DNA of 39,928 nucleotides, taken from contig CAZZXB010000003.1 of the NCBI GenBank assembly GCA_964658025.1, forward strand, positions 11,681 through 51,608, given 5' to 3'. The notes beneath the pieces are model-generated. The model worked only from the letters and a program-made list of their open reading frames with translations, did not search any database and had not been told where the DNA came from. This document shows positions 29,147 through 39,038 of this stretch, piece after piece (the stretch's first letter is position 1; every line of letters begins with the position of its first letter). The position numbers and the translations under genes were made by a program. This DNA comes from an uncultured Janthinobacterium sp. (GTDB lineage Bacteria > Vulcanimicrobiota > Vulcanimicrobiia > Vulcanimicrobiales > Vulcanimicrobiaceae).

Positions 29147-29967
29147 TTCCAACATCCGGCGAGCGCGGCGACGTCGGCGGATTTACCGGCATGCGGCAGG
29201 CGATAGGCGTCCTCGATCGTGCGCAGGACGTTGTAGTGGTCGATCCGCTGGGCGTAGCGTCCGGGTTTCACCATCGGGCCGAGTAGGATCGTCGGGATCG
29301 AGTTCTGCGGATCGTAGCCCTCGTCCCAGGTGAGGACCACGAGCGAGTCGTTCCGATCCGCCCAATCGACGAGCTTTCCGAGATGTTTCGCGAGCCACGT
29401 ATCGCCCGCGGCGATCGTGCCGTCGTGCATGTCGTCGTCGACGTCCGGGATCACGAACGAGACCGTCGGAAGCGCGTCGTACGCCGGAAGCGCGTCGAAC
29501 GAGCGCGCCGCCGACTTGTCGACGTTCGAGAAGGCAACCCACGGCGCGTGCTTGCGCGCGTAACTCCCGGCGGCGCAGACGGTCGACCCGGTCGCGGGCA
29601 GACCCTCCGCGAACCCACGAAACGAAAGACCGCGCCTCGCGAGTTCGGAGGCGAGGTTGGGTGCCGACGGGGAGAACCCGGTCGCGGGACACCCGTCGCC
29701 GTTGTCGTTCGTCACGCCGGCGAAGAGCGCGAGATAGTTCGGAAGGCTCGGATGCGCGACGCCGTGGGCGTCGGTGAAGAGCGCCCCGCGCTTCGCGAGC
29801 GCGTTGATGAACGGCGCCGCGGCGTTCCCGTCGATCTGCGCGAGCGATTTGTTCTCCTCGACCACGACGATCGTGTGACGCGGCGCGTCGGGCGACGCCG
29901 CGGCGACCGCGCTCGAGCCGAGCGCGCCGACCAGACCGATCGCGACGGCGACGGTCGCCGCCCGCAT
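29143..29967 (-). CDS. Secreted acid phosphatase / phosphoesterase (SapM-like)
   Basis: HTIVVVEEN, HPSLPNYLAL, YARKHAPW, DMHDG, TWDE and DHYNVLRTIE motifs; signal peptide. Confidence 0.87.
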   Translation of the reverse strand: MRAATVAVAIGLVGALGSSAVAAASPDAPRHTIVVVEENKSLAQIDGNAAAPFINALAKRGALFTDAHGVAHPSLPNYLALFAGVTNDNGDGCPATGFSPSAPNLASELARRGLSFRGFAEGLPATGSTVCAAGSYARKHAPWVAFSNVDKSAARSFDALPAYDALPTVSFVIPDVDDDMHDGTIAAGDTWLAKHLGKLVDWADRNDSLVVLTWDEGYDPQNSIPTILLGPMVKPGRYAQRIDHYNVLRTIEDAYRLPHAGKSADVAALAGCWK

Positions 29968-30182
29968 CCGCGCTCCACGATCTCGGAACCGAACGAATCC
30001 GGAAGCCATGAGCGCGCCCGTCCTCTCGAAGGCCCTAATCAGTCCCACGATGCCGAAAGACACTGGGAGCCCGGCCCCTCGACTTTATAGCTCACACCTT
30101 TACGAACGCCTTGCAATGCGAGATCGTTTCTCATCGAAATCTTAACATTCGACGAGGGCACGTCGGCCCGGACCGGATCGAT

Positions 30183-30257
30183 CGTGACGGGGCGCACGCG
30201 GGCGGGACGTCTGGGTGACGGCTATCACGGAGGCCCGGGGCCTTCGCGCCGTAGCGT
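30183..30257 (+). promoter_or_regulatory. bchH promoter: operator GGTGA-N6-TCACG (30214-30229), weaker upstream copy (30183-30198) and -10 box TAGCGT (30252-30257)
   Basis: The proximal site is the exact reverse complement of the bchM site; the -10 box ends 6 nt before the ATG. Confidence 0.72.
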
Positions 30258-30263
30258 TCCCCT

Positions 30264-33200
30264 ATGAAGGTCGTCGGATATTCATCTTGGGCGCCGGACG
30301 AACGGGCCAACGCCATGCGGCTCGCCTTCCGCGAGCTCCGCGCGGCCACGGGCCGGGAGTGGACGCTCCGCCATTTCGGCGCCTCCGAATTCAACGATCC
30401 GGCCGCGATCGGAACCCTGCGGGAAGCGATCCGCGAGGCCGACATCCTCGTCGGCTGGCAGTCGATGAGCGTCGAGGTCGTCGAACGTCTGGCGAACCTG
30501 CTCGGCGAGATGGACGCCGCGGGCGAGCTCTCGCGCGTCAAATTTCTCTGGTACGACATCCCCGACCCGCGCCTGCAGGCGCTGATGTTCAAATCGCTCG
30601 GCTTCGAGTTCGACATGAACAAGTCGAACCCGATGCGCGAACTCTCGATGGCGATCAAACGCTTCAGCGCCAAATCGAAAAACGAAACGATCGACGAGTT
30701 CTGGGAGGCGCGCGAAGGCTTCCTCGGCATGCAGAAGATGGTCGGCGCCGCGCCGCTCATGGCGCAGCTCATGAAGAAGCCGGTCTTCAAGTCGCTCGTG
30801 ATGATCGGATACTGGAACAATCGCTCGGTCCGCAACGTCGCGAACATGTTCCTGTACCTCATGAAGCACTTCATGGACGGTGCCTACGCGGGCGACGTCG
30901 CGTTGCCGGAAAAAGTCGAGAACGAGGGCATCTACCATCCCGCGCATCCCGGGCTCTTCCCGACGCCCGAGGCCTATCTCGCGTGGTACGAGCCCTGGTT
31001 CGAAACGACGTACGGAAAGAAGGCGTGGGACCGCATCGGGTTCATCACGCACGATCTCTTTCTCGTCGATTGGAACCATCCGGTGCTCGACGCCGCGATC
31101 GCCGAGTGGGAACGTCGCGGCGTCGCCGTGATCTGTTCGATGACGGCGGTCTTCAACGCGCACATCGTCTCGCGCGGCCATCTCCTGTCGAAGAAGGGCG
31201 AGCCGCTCGTCGGCGCCGTCTACCATAACGTCCCGCTCTACCTCGCGGGCTCGATGTTCGCGGGCGCGCCGGAAGCGTCGATCGCGCTCATCCGCGATCT
31301 CGGAAATCCGCGCGTCTACACGTCGCCCGTCAACGCGGCGATGTCGCGCGCGGAACTCCAGCGTTCGAAGTTCGGCGTCGCGTCGCTCGAGTACATCGGG
31401 AACGTTGTCACGCCGGAGACCGAGGGCATCCAACCGCTCCCGCCGATCTGCTCGCGCGAGGCCGGTCCCGAGATCAGCGCGCTCGAGCCGATCCCCGATC
31501 GCGTCGAGTTACTCGGCGACGTCACGACGCGTTGGCTGCGCTTGCGCCACGTGCCGAATTCGGAAAAGAAGATCGCCTTCTTCGTCTACAACTTTCCGCC
31601 GGGGCCCGGGAACGTCGGCGTGGCGTACTTCCTCGACGTCGCGGGCTCGCTGCGCTCGATGTTGCAGGCGCTCCGAAGCGACGGCTACGACGTCGGCGAG
31701 ATCGACGATACCGATCTCGCGATGTCGGATAAGCTCCGCGACATGTACGCGGGCCACCTCAACGTCGGCACCGTCTCGGCGGGCGAGATCCGCGAATGGG
31801 TGCACGCCCTCCCGCAACGACACGAGGCGCTCTTCTACGACACGTGGGGCCAGCCGGCGTCGACGATCCCGATCAAGGGGATCCGTTTCGGCAACGCGCT
31901 CGTGTTCTTACAGGACATGCGCGGCATGGAAGATATGAGCGTCATCCACGACAAGCAGGCGCCGCCGTCGCCGTGGTTGCTCGCGTCGTATCGCTACGCC
32001 ACGCGCCGCTTCAACGCGGACGTGATGATCCACGTCGGCACGCACGGCCTCGTCGAGTGGAGTCGCGGCAAAGAGTGGTGCCCGGTCGCGGGAGACTATC
32101 CGGAATTTCTCGTCGATAACTGCCCGCACGCGTACGTCTTCAACATCCTCGATCCCGTCGAAGCCTCGATCGCGCGGCGCCGCTCGTACGCGACGATCGT
32201 CTCGCACCTCTGCCCGCCGCTTCGCGCGGTCGAGGGGAGCGAGGATCTGCGCAATCTCCATCGCCTCGTCCACGATTACTACAACACGATGTCGACCGAC
32301 GCGGAGAAGCGCGCCGACCTCCACGCGGAGATCGCGGAGATCGTCGAGCGGACGGGCCTGCGCGTCGACGCGCCCGGGAGCGCGGAACGCGATCTCGTCT
32401 CGAAGGTCCACGACGAACTCGTCGCGCTCGAGGGCGAATTCGCTCCGACGGGCCAGCACGTCTTCGGTCGCAACCTCTCCGAACAGGACCGGCTCGACAC
32501 GTTCCACGCGTGTCTCGAATACGCGGACGTCGACCTCTATCGCCTGATCGCCGAGTGCTACGGCTTCGATTACGCGCGCATCGTCCGCGAGCCGCACGAA
32601 CGCGCCGCCGACGGCACCTATAACCACGACATCCTCGACGCGCTCCGCGACGCCGGTCGCGCGTTACTCTCCTCGGAAGTACTCCGCGGCGACGCGAAGG
32701 CCGTCGACGGTCGCGCGAAGATGCGCCAACAGGCGATGCTCGGCATCTTGCGCGCGCGCCCGATCGCGGGACGCAAACTGGATAAGAGCCCCTACGAACT
32801 CGAGCGGCTCGCCGCGCTCGTGGAACGCGCGCGCGAACTCTATCGCGAACTCGGCCGCGTCGGCGACGCCGAGCGCGAGGGACTGCTCGCCGTGCTCTCG
32901 GGTAAATATCTCGAGCCCTCGCTCGGCGGCGAGATCGTCGGCGACTGGAACGTCCTGCCGACCGGACGCAACATGGCGTCGACCGACGTGCGGATGCTGC
33001 CGCGCGAAGCGGCGCAACGCAAGGGAAAGCGTACCGTCGAACAGATCCTCGAAGCGACGATCGCCGAACGCGGCAGGCTCCCGGAAGCCGTCGGCGTCGT
33101 GCTCTGGGGTTCCGAAGTGCTCGAGAGCGAGGGCGTCGGCATCGCGCAGGCGCTCCACCTCATGGGCGCGCGCGTCGCGAAGGATCGCTTCAACCGCTCG

Positions 33201-34181
33201 GAACGCGCCGAACTCATCTCGCTCGACGAGCTCGGCCGACCGCGCGTCGACATCCTCGCGAACACGTCGGTCGTCTTCAAGAACACCTTTCCCGGCGCGA
33301 TCCGACTGATCCACGAGGCGGCGCAACTCGCCGCGACCGCGGACGAGCCGCACGAATGGAACTTCGTCAAGAAACACAGCGACGAGATGATCGCGAGCGG
33401 GATCGACCCGCAACTCGCACGCGCGCGCTGTTTCGGGATGGGCGAGGACGCGTTCATGGGCCAGGTCGGCGCGATGCTCGACACGGGCAAGTTCACGGAC
33501 TACCGCGACATCGGCGCGGCGTGGATGAGCGATAACTCCAACGCCTATCTTCCGGAGTTCACGCAGATCCGCATCCATCCGGCGGCGGACGTGCAACGCT
33601 ATCTCGTCGAACGCGTGGAAGTGATCCAACAACCGCTCATCCAGATGGCGAGCGGCGGTCCCGTCAAGGAAGACATGTTCGCGTCGTTCACCTCGGCGTT
33701 CGGCGCCGCCAAGCGCGCGATGGGGACCGAAGATACGATGATCGTCGTCAGCGATCTCACGAAACGCGAACCGCGCGTCCGCAATTTCCGCAACGTCGTC
33801 GTCAACGGCGTGCTCACGCGCTTCCACTCGAAGGCGTGGCGCGATCGGATGATGGAGCACGGCTACAGCGGCGTGATGGAGTTCGGCGACATCTTCAAGG
33901 CGATGCGCTCGACCGAAGCCGCGCTCGGGAACACGATCACGCCCGAACTCTGGAAGCGCACGGTCGAGGTGACGCTCGAAGATTGGCAACGGATCGCCGA
34001 CGCCAATCCGCACAAGACGCGCGAGCTCGGCGAGACGTTGCTCGACACGCGCCGTCGCGGAATGTGGGAAGACGCGGCCCTCGAGGACGCCCTCAAGGCG
34101 AAGCTCAGCGAACTCGACAGCGACGTCGAGTTCGCGACCTACCGCAGGGAACTCGCGGCGAGCGGCGGCGGCGGGGAGTAG
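30264..34181 (+). CDS. bchH: Magnesium chelatase subunit H (CobN/BchH family)
   Basis: GIYHP, KKIA..YNFPP..GNVG.A..LDV..S, HVGTHG..EW, A.RRSYA..VSHL.PPL, LPTGRN, VLWG, LGRPRVD and W...MM.HGY.G; 1305 aa. bchH is favoured over cobN by gene context and the shared operator. Confidence 0.82.
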   Translation: MKVVGYSSWAPDERANAMRLAFRELRAATGREWTLRHFGASEFNDPAAIGTLREAIREADILVGWQSMSVEVVERLANLLGEMDAAGELSRVKFLWYDIPDPRLQALMFKSLGFEFDMNKSNPMRELSMAIKRFSAKSKNETIDEFWEAREGFLGMQKMVGAAPLMAQLMKKPVFKSLVMIGYWNNRSVRNVANMFLYLMKHFMDGAYAGDVALPEKVENEGIYHPAHPGLFPTPEAYLAWYEPWFETTYGKKAWDRIGFITHDLFLVDWNHPVLDAAIAEWERRGVAVICSMTAVFNAHIVSRGHLLSKKGEPLVGAVYHNVPLYLAGSMFAGAPEASIALIRDLGNPRVYTSPVNAAMSRAELQRSKFGVASLEYIGNVVTPETEGIQPLPPICSREAGPEISALEPIPDRVELLGDVTTRWLRLRHVPNSEKKIAFFVYNFPPGPGNVGVAYFLDVAGSLRSMLQALRSDGYDVGEIDDTDLAMSDKLRDMYAGHLNVGTVSAGEIREWVHALPQRHEALFYDTWGQPASTIPIKGIRFGNALVFLQDMRGMEDMSVIHDKQAPPSPWLLASYRYATRRFNADVMIHVGTHGLVEWSRGKEWCPVAGDYPEFLVDNCPHAYVFNILDPVEASIARRRSYATIVSHLCPPLRAVEGSEDLRNLHRLVHDYYNTMSTDAEKRADLHAEIAEIVERTGLRVDAPGSAERDLVSKVHDELVALEGEFAPTGQHVFGRNLSEQDRLDTFHACLEYADVDLYRLIAECYGFDYARIVREPHERAADGTYNHDILDALRDAGRALLSSEVLRGDAKAVDGRAKMRQQAMLGILRARPIAGRKLDKSPYELERLAALVERARELYRELGRVGDAEREGLLAVLSGKYLEPSLGGEIVGDWNVLPTGRNMASTDVRMLPREAAQRKGKRTVEQILEATIAERGRLPEAVGVVLWGSEVLESEGVGIAQALHLMGARVAKDRFNRSERAELISLDELGRPRVDILANTSVVFKNTFPGAIRLIHEAAQLAATADEPHEWNFVKKHSDEMIASGIDPQLARARCFGMGEDAFMGQVGAMLDTGKFTDYRDIGAAWMSDNSNAYLPEFTQIRIHPAADVQRYLVERVEVIQQPLIQMASGGPVKEDMFASFTSAFGAAKRAMGTEDTMIVVSDLTKREPRVRNFRNVVVNGVLTRFHSKAWRDRMMEHGYSGVMEFGDIFKAMRSTEAALGNTITPELWKRTVEVTLEDWQRIADANPHKTRELGETLLDTRRRGMWEDAALEDALKAKLSELDSDVEFATYRRELAASGGGGE

Positions 34182-34184
34182 CCC

Positions 34185-35204
34185 CTACACCGTCGCCGTC
34201 GTGAGCCAGTGCGGGTTCTGGATCGTGCCGTCGAAGGCGTGCGTCGTCTTGTAGAGTTCGGTCGAGCCGTCCGCGGCGACGTCGGCCGATTTACGTAACA
34301 TCGCGGCGACCGTCTCGGGCGCGAGTGGTTTGAAGGTCGTCGCGGCCTCGATCGCTTGATCGAGGATCTCCGGCTTGTCGATCCCCGTGACGACGACGCT
34401 CGTCGGGAGGTTCATGCCGTAGTGGAGCATCTCGATCGGCGACAGGACGTTCGCCTTGAGGATGTGCGGATCGCCGAACGTCTTCATCGCGATGATGCCC
34501 ATGTCGAGCGACGTCGCGACGGGCAAGACGTGCTTTTCGAAGCTCTCGAAGTGCGCGTCCATCACGTTGAGCGGCATCTGCACCGTATCGAACGTGAAGC
34601 CGTGCTGCTTCGCGGTCTCGATCATGTGCAGGTGATACGCCGGATTCTTGTGCCCCGTGAAGCCGATGAAGCGGATCTTCCCCGCTTGCCGCGCCGCGAT
34701 CAGCGCCTCCATCGCCCCGCCGGGTGCGAACACGCGATCCGCGTCGTCGGGACGGATGTTCTCGTGGACTTGGACGAGATCGATCCGATCGGTGAGGAGT
34801 CGCGCGAGCGACTGATCGAGTTGCTTCGCCGCCGAATCGTTCGTGTGCCCGTCGAGCTTCGTCATGAGGAACACGCGCTCGCGATATCTTCCTTGCGTGA
34901 GCGCGCGTCCCATCCGTAGCTCGCTGAGGCCGTTATTGTAATCCCACGAGTTGTCGAGAAACGTGATGCCGCGATCGATGGCGCCGTGGATCAGGGCGAT
35001 CGCGTCGCCGTCGGGGAGATCGGGTTTGCCGATATGGAAGCCGCCCAAGCCGACGATCGACACCTCGGCGTTCGTCCGTCCGAGACGTCGTTTCGGTAAC
35101 GCGCCGGGCGCGCTCGCCGCCGAACTCACGCCCGACCACCCGATCGCGGACGCCGCGGCGACGCCGCCGAGAAACGTGGGGCGCGAGAATCCGGGCGTCG
35201 ACAC
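34185..35204 (-). CDS. Aldo/keto reductase with Tat-like leader
   Basis: RRLGRT..VS.VGLGG, FLDNSWDY, SELRMG.AL, FLMTK, SL.RL.TD.IDL..VH and GKIRFIGFTGH. Start is probably the GTG at 35204. Confidence 0.88.
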   Translation of the reverse strand: MSTPGFSRPTFLGGVAAASAIGWSGVSSAASAPGALPKRRLGRTNAEVSIVGLGGFHIGKPDLPDGDAIALIHGAIDRGITFLDNSWDYNNGLSELRMGRALTQGRYRERVFLMTKLDGHTNDSAAKQLDQSLARLLTDRIDLVQVHENIRPDDADRVFAPGGAMEALIAARQAGKIRFIGFTGHKNPAYHLHMIETAKQHGFTFDTVQMPLNVMDAHFESFEKHVLPVATSLDMGIIAMKTFGDPHILKANVLSPIEMLHYGMNLPTSVVVTGIDKPEILDQAIEAATTFKPLAPETVAAMLRKSADVAADGSTELYKTTHAFDGTIQNPHWLTTATV

Positions 35205-35208
35205 GCCG

Positions 35209-35517
35209 TTACCATCCGGCGCGTTCGACGGATTCGTCGACGTTCGCGAGCTTCGGATCGCGCGGATCGATCGGCGGCGTGAGATCGACATCGTCGGCAG
35301 CCGTCGGTGCGACGTCGGACGGACCGCCCGGCGTCTCGGCCCGCGCGCGGCGCGCGCGTTCCGTATCGACGTCGTCCGATGCGGGCTTGCGCGTCCCGGG
35401 CGAGACGAGATCGCGAGCCGCGGCGTCGGCGGCACTCGGATCGAGATGGTGGGCGTCTTCCAAAACCGTTCGCACGGAGTCGGAATCGCTCGCGTCGTTG
35501 TTCGCTTGCGTGGTCAT
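35209..35517 (-). CDS. Small acidic, probably disordered hypothetical protein (102 aa)
   Basis: MTTQANNDASDSDSVRTVLEDAHH...; ATGA coupling to the upstream gene; fills the gap exactly. Confidence 0.6.
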   Translation of the reverse strand: MTTQANNDASDSDSVRTVLEDAHHLDPSAADAAARDLVSPGTRKPASDDVDTERARRARAETPGGPSDVAPTAADDVDLTPPIDPRDPKLANVDESVERAGW

Positions 35518-36983
35518 ACGATCTGTCGTTCCCGAGGTTCGATCGCCGAATCGGCACGCTCGGCTTCTCCGGCGATGCGCGCCGCCATCGTGCCGAAGAT
35601 CGCGCCGTGAAACGGCATGACGGCGTACCAATACGCGTAGCCGAGTAAGCCCTTCGGTTCGAAAAAAGCGGTCTGCCGCAAGTGCGATCCCGCCTCCCCC
35701 GGAACCGCCTCGAACTGTAGCCACGCGCGGCCGGGCAAACGCATCTCCGCGCGGAGTCGCAGGAGCCGATCGCGTTCCCACGCTTCGACGCGCCAGAAAT
35801 CGAGCGCGTCGCCGACGCGCAGTTCGGTCGGCGACCGGCGCCCGCGCCGCAAGCCGACGCCGCCGACGAGCCGATCGAGGATCCCGCGCAACCACCACAG
35901 GCGATCCGCGTACAACCACCCGCGCGTACCGCCGAGGCTCGTGAAGACGTCGAAGAGCGCGTGCGACGACGACGGCGTCGCGACCTGACGCCGATCGATC
36001 AGCATCCCTTGTTCGGAACCCGCGTACTCTTGGGGGAGCTTGCGCACGTCGAAGGCGTCGAACCACGTCGTCTCCGGCCCGACCGTCGAATAGCGATCGA
36101 GTGCGCGACGGACCGATTCGTCGAACCCGAGCGGCACGATGTTCGGATACATCCGACGCGCGCGGTCGTCGGTCACGACGACGGGCGTTCGCAAACCGTC
36201 GACGAGCGGTCGCGCGACCGAACTCACGATCGGCGTCACGAGATGGATCCAACCCGACGACAAGCGCGGCGAGAAGAACGGAACGCGGATCACCTTGCGC
36301 TGCAAGCCGCGAATCGCCGCGTACCGCATCATCATCTGCTCGTACGAGAGCACGTCCGCGCCGCCGATCTCGACGGTCTCGCTCTCGCTCGGATCGCGCT
36401 CGAGTTCCGCCGTCAGATAGGCGAGCACGTCGCGCACGGCGATCGGTTGGCACGGCGTCTCGACCCATTTCGGTGCGATCATGATCGGAAGGCGTTCGGT
36501 GAGATAGCGCATCATCTCGAACGACGCGCTCCCCGAACCCACGATCATCGCCGCGCGGAACTCGGTCACGATCGCGCCGCACGACCGCAGTAACTCGCCG
36601 ACTTCTTGCCGACTGCGCAGATGCTTCGAGAGATGCGTCCCCTCGCGTCCGAGCCCGCCGAGATAGACGATGCGCTTCACGCCCGCCTCGCGCGCCGTCC
36701 GCGCGAAGAGCGTCGCCGCCTCGCGATCGCTCTGCTCGAACTCGCCGCTCCGTTTCCCGACCATCGAGTGGACGAGATAGTACGCGAGATCGCAGTCCGC
36801 GAGCCCGCGCGCGAGCGCGTCGCGGTCGAAGAGATCGCCCTCCGCGATCTCGATGCCCGGAAACCGGTCGACGAGCCGTGCCGAATCGCGGGCGTAACAG
36901 CGCACGTCGTGTCCGCCGTCGATCAGGCGCGGCACGAGTCGACCGCCGATGTAGCCGGTCGCACCGGTAACGAGTACGCGCAT
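35514..36983 (-). CDS. NAD(P)-binding SDR-like oxidoreductase with DUF2867 domain (YbjT-like)
   Basis: VLVTGATGYIGGRL, YYLVHSM, IVGSGSASFE, GG..GW.Y...LW..RG..D, DFWRV and EMRLPG.AWL. Confidence 0.9.
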   Translation of the reverse strand: MRVLVTGATGYIGGRLVPRLIDGGHDVRCYARDSARLVDRFPGIEIAEGDLFDRDALARGLADCDLAYYLVHSMVGKRSGEFEQSDREAATLFARTAREAGVKRIVYLGGLGREGTHLSKHLRSRQEVGELLRSCGAIVTEFRAAMIVGSGSASFEMMRYLTERLPIMIAPKWVETPCQPIAVRDVLAYLTAELERDPSESETVEIGGADVLSYEQMMMRYAAIRGLQRKVIRVPFFSPRLSSGWIHLVTPIVSSVARPLVDGLRTPVVVTDDRARRMYPNIVPLGFDESVRRALDRYSTVGPETTWFDAFDVRKLPQEYAGSEQGMLIDRRQVATPSSSHALFDVFTSLGGTRGWLYADRLWWLRGILDRLVGGVGLRRGRRSPTELRVGDALDFWRVEAWERDRLLRLRAEMRLPGRAWLQFEAVPGEAGSHLRQTAFFEPKGLLGYAYWYAVMPFHGAIFGTMAARIAGEAERADSAIEPRERQIV

Positions 36984-37101
36984 GCCTAGTGGGTTCCACA
37001 GCGCGAGCGCCATCAAACGATCGAAGCCGTCGGAACCGAATCGCTCGCGACGGAGTCCGCGCGCGCCGCCGCAGGGCCGTCGCGCCGCTTCGGACGTCGT
37101 T

Positions 37102-38385
37102 TCAGACGGCGCGGAGCGCCGCGTTCGAACACCAGATCGCGATCGAGACGACGAGCGCGATCGCCCCGCCGATCGATAGGCTCGTCCCCAGTCCCGCGAC
37201 CGACGCGAGCGATCCGAGGACGAGCGATCCGAGCGGGATCAAGCCGAGCACGATCATCGAGAACACCGAGATCGCGCGACCGCGCATCTCGTCGGGCGAG
37301 AGCGTTTGGATCAGGACGTTCGTCGTTCCGGTGAACGCGAGCACGGCGAGCCCGAGCACGACGAGGATGGCGAGCGCCGGAACGAAGTCGTGAACGAAGC
37401 CGAGCGCGATCGTTCCGAGCGACATCGCGACCGCGCTCGCGAACCAGATCGGACCGCGCCGATGCGTCCCGATCGCCGCCGTGACGAGCGAGCCGACGAT
37501 CGCGCCGAATCCCGACGCCGCGAGCAAGAGCCCGAGCCCGCGGGCGTCGACGTGGACGACGTGCGCCGCATACGCCGGAAGGAGTTGTGTGTACGGCCGC
37601 ACGAGCGCGGCGCACGCGACGAGCGATAGGACGACCGAGCGCAAAACGGGGTGGCGCGCGAGGAAGACGATGCCGTCGCGGATCGAGGTCCAAACGCCCT
37701 CGCGCCGCGTCGAACTCGGCGGCGCGGGCCGCATGAACGCGAGCGCGAGGACGACGGCGACCGTCGCGACCGCGTTGATGTAGAACGACGCGGCGACGCC
37801 GACGGAGACGATGAGCAGTCCCGCGATCGGCGGTCCCACGACGCTCGGCGCGTTGAAGGCGATCGAGTTGAGACCGATCGCGTTCGCGACGAGCTCTCGC
37901 GGAACCAAGAGCGGCACCCAGCTCTGACGCGCGGGAGCGTCGAACGCCTGCGTTCCCGAACGCATCCCGGCGATCGCGTAGATCTCCCAGATCTCGATCG
38001 CCCCGAGGCTCGTGAGCAGCGCGAGCACGAGCGCCGTCGCGATCTGCAACGCGTTCGTCACGAAGAGCACGCGCCGGCGCGGAAAGCGATCCGCGACGAC
38101 GCCCGCGAGCGGCGAGAGCAGCACGACGGGGACGGCCGCGGACGCACCGAGCAAGCCCACGTCGAGCGCGGCGGCGCGAGGCGATCCGGCGATGCGCACG
38201 ACGAGATAGCCGAGCGCGGTCAACTGCATCCACGTCCCGAGATTCGAGACGAGCAAGCCGAACCAGAGCAGACGAAAATCGCGATACCGAAACGGTTCCA
38301 GGAGCGTCGAGCGACGCTTCGGGACGACGACGTCGGTCGCGAGCTCGGCGCCCGCCGAGTTCGGCTCGCCCGGGATCGTTTTCAC
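37102..38385 (-). CDS. MFS transporter (EntS/macrolide-efflux-like)
   Basis: RDFRLLWFG..VSNLGTWMQ, GVVADRFPRRR, D.PARQS and MRGRAIS. GTG start overlaps the upstream TGA. Confidence 0.9.
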   Translation of the reverse strand: MKTIPGEPNSAGAELATDVVVPKRRSTLLEPFRYRDFRLLWFGLLVSNLGTWMQLTALGYLVVRIAGSPRAAALDVGLLGASAAVPVVLLSPLAGVVADRFPRRRVLFVTNALQIATALVLALLTSLGAIEIWEIYAIAGMRSGTQAFDAPARQSWVPLLVPRELVANAIGLNSIAFNAPSVVGPPIAGLLIVSVGVAASFYINAVATVAVVLALAFMRPAPPSSTRREGVWTSIRDGIVFLARHPVLRSVVLSLVACAALVRPYTQLLPAYAAHVVHVDARGLGLLLAASGFGAIVGSLVTAAIGTHRRGPIWFASAVAMSLGTIALGFVHDFVPALAILVVLGLAVLAFTGTTNVLIQTLSPDEMRGRAISVFSMIVLGLIPLGSLVLGSLASVAGLGTSLSIGGAIALVVSIAIWCSNAALRAV

Positions 38386-39002
38386 GAAGCGGGACCGCGC
38401 ACCGCCGCGGCGACGACGTCGACGGCGCGTTCGATGCCGAGCCGTCCGACGTCGAGCACGAGATCGTATTCGCGCGCGTCGCCCCAACGCACGCCGTAGC
38501 GATCGCGCGCGAAGACCTTGCGGGACGCGTCGACCCGCTCCGCGTCGGCGAGCGCGTCGGCGGCGGGGATACCGAACTGCGCGCAGATCCGTTCGACGCG
38601 CCAGGTCCGATCCGCCCGGAGGAACACCCGCACGACGCCCGCTCGATCGCGGAGGATCGCGCCCGCATTGCGTCCGAGGATCACGACGTCACCCACATCC
38701 GCTCGCGCGCGAACCGTTCGCTCGATCTCGCGCACGACGGCGTCGTCGAAATCCGCGTCGCCCGGCGCCGCGCCGCCGACGACGGTATCGGGCGTCGCCT
38801 CGCGGAGCTTCGCGACGATCCGCTCGAGCAACGTCGGCTCGCTCCCGGCCCGACTCGAAACGACCTCGGCCGAGGTTCCGAGCCGCTCGGCGACCGAACG
38901 CGGAAGGTCGTCCGTGAGCAGGCCGTAGCCGAGGCGGGCGGCGAGCGCCCGCGCGACGCCCAGCCCGGCCGCGCCGTATTCGCGCGAGATGGTGACGATC
39001 AC
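38382..39002 (-). CDS. Cytidylate kinase-like family protein
   Basis: VIVTISREYGAAG, VILGR.A and YDLVLD motifs. GTG at 39002 is preferred to 39053, which falls inside the bchL operator. Confidence 0.85.
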   Translation of the reverse strand: MIVTISREYGAAGLGVARALAARLGYGLLTDDLPRSVAERLGTSAEVVSSRAGSEPTLLERIVAKLREATPDTVVGGAAPGDADFDDAVVREIERTVRARADVGDVVILGRNAGAILRDRAGVVRVFLRADRTWRVERICAQFGIPAADALADAERVDASRKVFARDRYGVRWGDAREYDLVLDVGRLGIERAVDVVAAAVRGPAS

Positions 39003-39038
39003 GAGAGACGGGCGTTCGCGGGCGGGCGGAAGCGGCCC

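Noticed and set aside
30264..34181. Cobaltochelatase cobN
   Set aside because: Same family, but there are no cob genes in the window and it shares an operator with bchM and bchL. Not fully excluded without a phylogeny.
37020..37100. GC-rich intergenic segment with CGAAGC...GCTTCG ends as an ncRNA or riboswitch
   Set aside because: The pairing is short and expected at this GC content; no recognisable RNA family motif.
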